From positions 1-56,505 of the forward strand of contig JAYZBQ010000085.1 in assembly GCA_036338695.1 (NCBI GenBank): a stretch of DNA of 56,505 bases. The letters run 5' to 3'. This stretch comes from Myxococcota bacterium (GTDB taxonomy: Bacteria; Myxococcota; UBA4151). The translations under genes and the position numbers were made by a program. Of the stretch, positions 49,198 to 56,505 are shown in pieces (positions within the stretch are counted from its first letter, which is position 1; every line of letters begins with the position of its first letter). The notes under the pieces are model-generated. The model was not told the DNA's origin and made no database searches. It worked only from the letters and a program-made list of their open reading frames with translations.

Positions 49198-52100
49198 ATG
49201 AACTTGAGATCCTTTACCGTTGGGCTTGGGCTCGCGCTGGCAGTGCCGGGCTTGCTCCTTCTCCCTGCGCCGGCTGCGCAGGCGCAGCGTGCGAAAGCAG
49301 GCGCGACGTCGAAAGCGAAGAAGGCGCGCCGCAGCAAGATCGCAGAGCGTGAGGCTGCTGCGCTCGAAGAGGCGAAGAACAAGGGACCTTCCAAGAAGGT
49401 CAAACTGACCTCGGCGGTCGACGCCAAGATGAGCGATTTTTCGAAACGCGCTCAGATTAAGCGTGGCGAGGTGATCAAGAAGATCCGAAAGACGCTCCCG
49501 AGGCTTAAAGGCCCCGAAAAAGCCGACCTGATTTTCCAGCTCGCCGAGCTCTTCTGGAACACGCAGCAGTTCTTCTATCGTCAGGAGTACGCCGCCTTTG
49601 ATAAGAAGCTTCAGGCTTGGTATGAAGCCGGTGGTGACGAGAAGAAGAAGCCAAAGCTCAAGACCCCCAAGGCGGACGCCTTCAAGAAGCAGGCGCTCAA
49701 GAACTACTCGATCCTGTTGAAGTCGTACCCACGCTACTCCCGGCGGGATCAGGTGCTGTACGTCATGGCGTACAACCTCTACGAGGCGAATAAGAAAACC
49801 AGCGCCGTGCGCAAGTACGTCGAGCTGGTGAAGAAGTTCCCCAAGAGCGAGTACGCGGCAGACGCCTACCTGGCGCTCGGCGAGCACTTCTTTAACAACA
49901 ACCGCCTGCAGAAAGCGCGCAAGGCGTTCGTTCGTGCGCTCAAGACCAAGAAAGAGAAGGTCATCACCTTCGCAACCTACAAGCTGGCGTGGTGTGACTA
50001 CAACGCAGGTCAGTATGCCGACGCGGTGCGTCGCTTCAAGGCGGTCATCAAGCGCTCGGCTGCTTCAGGTCAGAACGAAGACGCGATCCAGCTGGGTGAT
50101 GAGGCTGCCTCGGACATCGTGATCGCCTTTAGTCACCTCGACGAGGTCGACGCTGTCTACGCCTAACTCAAGAAGGTGCGCGACGAGAAATGGGCGAAGC
50201 GTCAGACCTCGCGCTTGGGCGCTCTGTACATGAGCCAAGGGAAGTACGACCTGGCGGTGCGAACCTACCGGTTCATGATCAAGAAGTACCCGTATCACCT
50301 CGACGCCCCGATGTATCAGTCGAACATCGTCAAGGCCTTCACCAAGATGAACAAGCGTGAGCGTGTGCGCACCGAGGCGAACCGCCTCGTCGACATGTAC
50401 AAGCCGACGTCGCTTTGGTCGAACAAGGTCTCGAAGATGGGCACCGAGCAGGCGAGCGACGCCATCGAGCGTGCCTTCGAGTACACCGAAGGGTACATGC
50501 GCCAGCTGGTCACCGACTTTCACTCGGAAGCCCAAAAGACTAAGCGTGCAGGGACCTACCGGATCGCCAAGGACATCTATAAAAAGTACCTGGATAACTT
50601 CTCGGACAAAGAGATCTGCGGCAAGTACGAGACCTGTGATCAGGCCTACCGTCTGCGCTTCTTCTACGCCGAGATTCTTTACGATCTCAAGGAGTTCCGC
50701 CTCGCCGCTGAGCAGTACGACCTGGTGGTGGACGACAACGCCAAGGGCGCCTATGCGAAGAACGCAGGCTACGCTGCGATCTTGTGCTGGGAGTTCATCG
50801 TTAAGGGCGTCAAGCCCATCCGCCTGCCCGACTCGGCGCGCATCGTAGAGCGCAAGGGGCGTAAGAAGAAGAAGATCGCCAAGACGGATAAGACCAAGGT
50901 CGCCAAGATCCAAAAGACCCGTGGCAAGGAGTACTACACCCCCAAGACCATCCCTGCGGATGAGGTCAAGCTAGCCCAAGCCTGTGACCGCTACACGGAC
51001 AAAGCCTACGGCGACTCGAAGGACGCCAAGATGCGCAAGACGCTGATCGAGGTGAAGTTCAAGGCGGCGTCGATCTTCCACAAGTATTTCCACTTTGAAG
51101 AAGCGGCGAAGCGCTACGCCGAGTTGATCAGCCGCTGGCCGGACAACAAGTTCGCAGCGTTCGGCGCGGAGGCGACGCTCGACTCGTTCGCCGTTCGTGA
51201 GCAGTACGAGCTGCTGAACAACTACGGGCGACAGTTCAAGACCAACAAGTTCCTCATGCGGAACAAGAAGTTCTCGACGGCGGTCGCCAAGTACGTCGAA
51301 GGCGCCACGTTCCAGCTGATCATGGCGGAGCACAGCAAAGCGCAAGCGAGCGACAAGCGTGCGACCGAGAAGAAGAACGCGGCTGGTCAAGCCGAAGCCC
51401 AGAAGATGTTTGCGGCGGTCGCAAAGCGCTTCCTTGGGTTCAAGGAAGAGTTCCCGAAGTCGCAGTTCACCCCGATCTCGTTGACCAACGCCATGATGAT
51501 CTTTGACAAAGCTGAGAAGATCGATCGAGCGATCCAGGTCGGTGAGCTGATGCTCTCGAAGTATCCGGCGGACAAGACGTGGGATCGCATCTCCAAGCTG
51601 CCGACGATCGATCGCCGACAGAAGGAAGAGGACTACCTCAAGTACGAAGAGAAGATCCGCTGGGCGCTCCCTGGTTTGTACGTTCGTCTCGCGGACTTCA
51701 AGCGGGCGGCGGAGTACTTTGAGTCCTACTACGAGAAGTATGAAGAGGACGCCTTTGATGGAGACGGGAACCTGGCCGATGCGCTGTGGAACGCGCTGCT
51801 CTTTAGACGTGCGAACGGTGACACCGAGAAGGTGATCGAGCTGCGCAAAGCCTTCATGAAGAAGTTCGGTAAAAACAAAAAGCGTAAGAAGGACATCGCC
51901 AACGCAACCTGGCAGCTGGCGCTCAGCTATGAGACGGCAGGCGAGAACGAGAAGGCGGCGAAGATGTTCTACGCCTACCCAGCAGAGTACGGGAAGGACT
52001 CGCCGCCTGTGCGCAGCTTTGATGCGCTCTACCGAACCGCTATGATCTGGGAAGAGAGCAAGCGCTCGGGCTCTGACGTGAAGCTGATCCGCAAGCGCAT

Positions 52101-52659
52101 CAGCGATCGCTACGCCAAGCTCAAAAAGGACGACGCCACCCGCGGCGCAGCGGCTGTTCGCCGAGCGATCGGCTACGCTCAGTTCCGTGCGCTCGACGGC
52201 TTGTTTGAGACCTACAACAAGATGGAGATTAAGAGCCGCAAGCAAGCGAAGATGGCGCAGCAGCTCAAGGACAAGAAAGCCAAGCTCGAGGAGGTGGCGA
52301 AGGCTTACGGTCAGGTCATCCTGCTTGGTGACCCCGAGACGGCGGTGGCGTCGCTGACGCGCATCGGCCTCGCCTTTGCAAGCTTCGCCGACGCCATTCG
52401 AAACAGCCCGGACCCGAAAGGTCTGACGCTGGATCAGCTCGAGATCTACCGAGCCGGTCTCGAGCAGCTGATCTTCCCGAACGAGCAAAAGGCGATCGAG
52501 TGGCTCGAGAAGGCACGCGCCAAGAGCTTTGAGGTGGGTGTGTACAACAAGGCAACGCTGGATGCGCAGGAAGCACTCAAGCGGTTCAAGGCCAACGAAT
52601 TCCCGGAGATCGTGGAGATGCCATTTCACGCCTCCGAGTCGTTTGCGTTAGGAGAGTGA
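49198..52659 (+). pseudogene. gltD: GltD/AgmU/NfsD-like large TPR protein interrupted by one in-frame TAA (50164-50166)
   Basis: ORF-track pieces 49180-50166 and 50176-52659 are in the same frame, joined by GCC TAA CTC AAG AAG. Read-through gives 1153 aa with a signal peptide, TPR arrays and a C-terminal P.GL..DQLEIYR..LEQ...P.EQKA motif. May be an intact gene with a sequence error. Confidence 0.78.
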
Positions 52660-52666
52660 TCCGATC

Positions 52667-53878
52667 ATGAAAAAGCATCTGATCTGGATTTTGGTCGCGG
52701 CGCTTGCGCAAGGGTGCGCCTCGAAGCCCGAGGTGGTCATTGACGAAGACCCTGCTGCGAAGGCTGAGCGTCTGCGCCGTGAGAAAGAGGCGGCAGAAGC
52801 CGCGGCGCGTAAGCGGGCTTACGGTGAAGCGCTGGCGGCGCTCAAGGCGCGTAAGTACGGTGAAGCGCGTGACAAGGCGCGCTTGGCGCTGAAGGCTGCG
52901 CCGGGTGATGCGGCGCTTGAAGAGACGCTGGCGAAGGCGCTCTTGAACCTGGGTGACTACGACGAAGCGGACGCGCTCTTTGTGAAGTTGCGCAAGGCCT
53001 CGCCTGACAAGCTTAACCTGACCTTGAAGCATGCCGACCTGATGCGCCGCCGCAACAAAGGCAAAGACGTCAGCAACGGGACCAAGCTCCTTGAGGACTT
53101 GGCGAAGAAGGACGAGTTCAACGAGGACATCTTAGCGAACCTGGTGGTGTTCTATCGTCTTCAAGGAAAAGACAAAAAAGCCGAGAAGACGATCCGGCGG
53201 CTCCTGAGTCGCCACCCGGACTCGGTCGCCGCCTACATGAACCTGTCGATGATCTACTTCGCCAAAGCGCAGACGGCGAAGAAGTCCAAGAAGCAGATGC
53301 TGGCACGGGCTGAGAGCGTCACGGCGCTGGTGTTTGACAAGCTCAAGACCGCCAAGCTCAAGCCCACCAAGGAGCACGCACCGCTGTACAATAACCTCGG
53401 GATGATCTGGATCGAGCGCAAGGACCTTGCGCGCGCCCTGGTCAACTTCGAGAAAGCGGTGAAGCTGGACCCGGGGCTGCTGAGCGCCCACCTCAACATC
53501 GGCTCGATTGCGCTCCGCTATCGTGACTTCAAGCGCGCCCGCACCCACTACGAGAGCGTGCTCAAGAGCGAGCCGAGTCACGTCGAGGCGCTCGAGGCGG
53601 TCGGGCATGCGCAGGCCGGTAAGCTCGAGGCGAAGGAGGCGGTCGCTACCTTTGAGAAGGTGCTCAAGCTGCAACCTAAGAACGCACGCGTCGTGATGGC
53701 GCTTGCGGTGGTCCAGGAGCGCCAACTCTCCAAGCTGGAGGTGGCGGTTTCGCTCTATGAGCGCTGGATGAAGCTCAAGGGCGGGAGCGCTCGACTGGGT
53801 AAGGATCACGTGGTGGTCAAGAAGGTCGCAGAACTTAAAGAGCAGATCCAAATGCTCAAAGAGTTTGGGGATGGCTGA
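52667..53878 (+). CDS. gltE: GltE/AglT/NfsE-like TPR lipoprotein
   Basis: Lipobox AQGC, TPRs (LYNNLG, AHLNIGSIALRYRDF..A...Y); lies between gltD and gltF. Confidence 0.78.
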   Translation: MKKHLIWILVAALAQGCASKPEVVIDEDPAAKAERLRREKEAAEAAARKRAYGEALAALKARKYGEARDKARLALKAAPGDAALEETLAKALLNLGDYDEADALFVKLRKASPDKLNLTLKHADLMRRRNKGKDVSNGTKLLEDLAKKDEFNEDILANLVVFYRLQGKDKKAEKTIRRLLSRHPDSVAAYMNLSMIYFAKAQTAKKSKKQMLARAESVTALVFDKLKTAKLKPTKEHAPLYNNLGMIWIERKDLARALVNFEKAVKLDPGLLSAHLNIGSIALRYRDFKRARTHYESVLKSEPSHVEALEAVGHAQAGKLEAKEAVATFEKVLKLQPKNARVVMALAVVQERQLSKLEVAVSLYERWMKLKGGSARLGKDHVVVKKVAELKEQIQMLKEFGDG

Positions 53879-53950
53879 CGGCCGCTCGGCCCTCGGTGAG
53901 ATAACGGATGGGAGATCGCTGAGACGGCGCACAGAATACAACAGGGCTGC

Positions 53951-53980
53951 TTGTCAGTTGAGCGGCAAAATGTGTAGGGT
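53951..53980 (+). promoter_or_regulatory. Candidate sigma-70-type internal promoter upstream of gltF
   Basis: TTGTCA-18 nt-TAGGGT in a 131-nt gap; RBS GGAGGA at 54001. Confidence 0.45.
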
Positions 53981-54009
53981 TGCGACCGTTGAGGTGAGTC
54001 GGAGGATGT

Positions 54010-54276
54010 ATGTTGATTAAGTCATTGAAATTGTTGGTCTTTAGCGCCCTTTTTGCGGCAGCCCCTGCGGTTGCGCAAGACGTGGTGCAAGAGGAAGATA
54101 CGGTGTCGTACCGTAAGAAGACCTCCATTGACTTCTCAGACGTCAATATTTCGGGTGAGCTGACCAAGCCGGAAGGGGCCTACGTCGGGGTTCGCAAGAA
54201 CATTAAGTTCAAGAACTTCATCAAGGTACGAGCGAACTTCCGAGACAAGCTCTCCGACAGCGTCGACAACATCTAG
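54010..54276 (+). CDS. gltF: GltF/CglF/NfsF-like small periplasmic protein
   Basis: Signal peptide ending AVA; YRKKTSIDFSDVNISGELTKPEG..F..FIKVRANF motif. Confidence 0.85.
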   Translation: MLIKSLKLLVFSALFAAAPAVAQDVVQEEDTVSYRKKTSIDFSDVNISGELTKPEGAYVGVRKNIKFKNFIKVRANFRDKLSDSVDNI

Positions 54277-54366
54277 GCGATCGCGCTGCGCTTGTAGCGC
54301 TTAGAAAAGTAAACAATGGCGTCTCCAGCACCGCGGTGAGACGCTGAGCAAGGTAAGAGACCAAAC

Positions 54367-56505
54367 ATGGCCGATAAGAAGTTTATCGATGGGTTGCCCG
54401 CTGACGGTGTAAGCCAGCCGTTGCCTGAGGGCGACCGTAGCAGCGGAACCACCGATTGGTTGCAGTTCCGCTCCTACTGGGGTGAGCACCCGCAGCGCAA
54501 CGAGGTGCGGATCCTCGATGATGACATCACGCTGACCGACTCGTTTGGTGTCGACGGGCGCGTGCGCGGCGGTCGACTCCCCAAGTCGGGCGGCGGCTCG
54601 CGTCCGAATGACTTCAAGGCAGGTCTCACGGGCGGCTTAATTGTCGGCGTTCTGTCCCTACTGGTCGCTGGGTTTGCGGTGACCCGGAGCTTCCTCGAGG
54701 TTCAGACCTTTCAGTACCCGGCGGACTCGGGGAACTGGATCGACGTGGGCGTGGCGACGGGTTCGTCCATCATGTGGGTGCTCGCCTTCGCTGGGTTGAT
54801 GCTCGCTGGATTGGCGTTGCGTTCCTTCGCCCTCAAGGATCGGGCGCTGGCTCGGTCTGCGGACAAGGCGATTGCCGTGCTGGGCGTGGTGACGGTTGTT
54901 CTGTCGTTGACCACGGTCGGACCGAGCAAGCTCCCTGAGACACTTGACCTGATCCCGGATTGGTCCACTCAGGTGACCGAGAGCGCCAAGGCGCGCATCA
55001 ACGAGTACGTGGTCGGCCCGATCGATCCGAACGATCAAGCCGAGCCGCTCCAGACCAAAGACGGTAAGGGCATTCCTTATCGCAAGGCGATTATCGGCGT
55101 TGATCGCTGTGGTGACCGAGATGACAAGGGCAACCGCAGCGGTAAGTGTGCCGGTATGGAGCAGATCGTCGCTGAGGCGACCGCTGAGCTCGACAAAGTC
55201 GCCGCCGAAATCAAGCTGACCGATCAGCAGACCTGTCTCGTGACCAAGGCTGCAGCGCAAGAGTACGTCAAGCTTCGGCAGGACAAGAAGAAGGCTTCTC
55301 TTCCAGAGTGTGAGCTCTCGGAACAGCAACACCGCGTGATGACCGGCTTGAACGGTAAGTTCAAGAAGGTGCAGCTGGCGACGTGGGCGCGAGAGCGCGA
55401 CGGGGTGGTGAACTCTTTGATCGAGACGCGTCTGGCGCTCGCTAAGCGCCGTTATGCGCTTGAGGCGGCGAAGGCGCTGAAGCTCAAAGAAGAGCACACG
55501 GTCAGCGACGATGCCGTCAACAAGATCCGCAAGGCGTGGCGTACAGCGGCTGAGGCGGCGTTTGCGTCGACCGACAAGTCGAGCACGACGGCGGTTGGCT
55601 ACGACGGCGGGGTGTTGTGCCGCTGGGTTCAGCCGAGCGAAGACGCTATCAAGGCGGCGAAAAAAGAGCGCAAGCCGAAGCCTGAGCCGACCGCGAGCTG
55701 TGGCAAGGCGAAGCGCAGCCACGCAGAGTACAAGGCCTATACCAGCGAGTCTGACTACCAAGCATTCAAGGCGACTTACGGTGCGCTGGCTGAGACGCTG
55801 ATGGACCGTCCGGCGGACCCTGCTGCTAAGCAACCGAAGGTGGACCCGAACAAGCCGCAGATTCCGACCTTGCTCGCTGGCGACCAGCGCTCGGTGCAGA
55901 TCGTCGGCTTGGACATCGCAGAAGGCGTCGAGCTCGGCGCTAAGGACAAGAAGCTGCTCGTCGATGGGCTGACGCGTCGGTTCAACTCGCAGAAGGGGCG
56001 GGTCTTTACAGCTGTCGTCAGCGGTGAGATGGGTGTCCCCGCGAACGTCCGTCCGTACCTGTTTGTTGAGAGCAAAGACTGGGGCAAAGCGATCTCCAAA
56101 GCGGAGAAGGCTAAGAAGGCTTCGGGCGAGCACGGCATCACCTGCCGTGAGGACGAGAACGATAAAGAGGGTAGCTGGCTCTGCAAGCGTCCTGAGTACG
56201 GCGAAGCGTTCAAGAGCGCGGGCGCCGACCTCGTGGCGCTGATGCGTCTCCACAAGCACGAGACCAATGGCCTGACCTTAGGGGTCCGGATCGTCGACAA
56301 GAAGGACGCCTCCGTTCTCTACAAGGACGGCAACGCGATCGCCGATATCAAGAAGATCGGTAAAGACGCAGGGCCGCTGTTTGATCGAGTCGTGTTGGCT
56401 TGGTCGATGAAGGAGAAGCGTCTGGCTGAGGAGCGCTCGCGCAACGCCGTGAGCCAAGAGGTGATGCGTCTGCGTGATCGCGTCAGCCAGAGTCAGTCGG
56501 ACAAC
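54367..56505 (+). CDS. Large three-TM membrane protein in the gltG position, 3'-truncated and absent from the ORF track
   Basis: ATG 54367 opens 713 codons with no stop before the window end (MADKKFIDG...RVSQSQSDN). Codon style matches the neighbouring glt genes. TM segments at about aa 85-106, 127-151 and 168-185. Confidence 0.85.
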   Translation, partial: MADKKFIDGLPADGVSQPLPEGDRSSGTTDWLQFRSYWGEHPQRNEVRILDDDITLTDSFGVDGRVRGGRLPKSGGGSRPNDFKAGLTGGLIVGVLSLLVAGFAVTRSFLEVQTFQYPADSGNWIDVGVATGSSIMWVLAFAGLMLAGLALRSFALKDRALARSADKAIAVLGVVTVVLSLTTVGPSKLPETLDLIPDWSTQVTESAKARINEYVVGPIDPNDQAEPLQTKDGKGIPYRKAIIGVDRCGDRDDKGNRSGKCAGMEQIVAEATAELDKVAAEIKLTDQQTCLVTKAAAQEYVKLRQDKKKASLPECELSEQQHRVMTGLNGKFKKVQLATWARERDGVVNSLIETRLALAKRRYALEAAKALKLKEEHTVSDDAVNKIRKAWRTAAEAAFASTDKSSTTAVGYDGGVLCRWVQPSEDAIKAAKKERKPKPEPTASCGKAKRSHAEYKAYTSESDYQAFKATYGALAETLMDRPADPAAKQPKVDPNKPQIPTLLAGDQRSVQIVGLDIAEGVELGAKDKKLLVDGLTRRFNSQKGRVFTAVVSGEMGVPANVRPYLFVESKDWGKAISKAEKAKKASGEHGITCREDENDKEGSWLCKRPEYGEAFKSAGADLVALMRLHKHETNGLTLGVRIVDKKDASVLYKDGNAIADIKKIGKDAGPLFDRVVLAWSMKEKRLAEERSRNAVSQEVMRLRDRVSQSQSDN

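Noticed and set aside
50971..52629. Long antisense ORFs (also 3617-5140, 6893-8104, 8805-10235, 29435-31003, 40688-41995, 47867-49126)
   Set aside because: Each lies opposite a well-supported gene; GC-rich codon bias suppresses stop codons in the antisense frame.
50176..52659. Independent 827-aa TPR gene
   Set aside because: Same frame as the upstream fragment, with no signal peptide and no clear RBS; better explained as the 3' part of gltD.
54658..56259. 533-aa minus-strand ORF in the ORF track
   Set aside because: Antisense shadow of the real plus-strand frame starting at 54367; no recognisable protein features.

Overview
GC-rich bacterial chromosome segment, most likely from a Myxococcota-like deltaproteobacterium (inferred from MYXO-CTERM-like tails, Cys-rich lipoproteins and Glt/Nfs-type genes). 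It holds housekeeping genes (deoxynucleoside kinase, tldD/tldE, polA, kbl, ffh, cystathionine beta-synthase and gamma-lyase/synthase, an NfuA-like carrier, mnmA, eno) and a ~13 kb minus-strand unit joining alternative complex III (actABCDEF) to heme o synthase and hemC-hemD-hemL-hemB with no terminal oxidase genes. It also encodes several surface or exported proteins of unknown function and a STAND-type adenylate cyclase. From ~41.9 kb to the end runs a plus-strand Agl-Glt/Nfs-like envelope cluster: Cys-rich lipoprotein, VWA lipoprotein, two beta-barrels, gltC, gltD, gltE, gltF. Highlights: (1) the gltG slot is occupied by a >713-aa three-TM protein with a CsgG/TolB-N-like domain that the ORF track missed; (2) gltD is broken by a single in-frame TAA; (3) ActA carries a 4-Cys module between hemes 4 and 5, and ActB carries a His-rich loop. 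I saw no rRNA, tRNA, CRISPR array or mobile element. All family calls come from reading motifs by eye, not from database searches.
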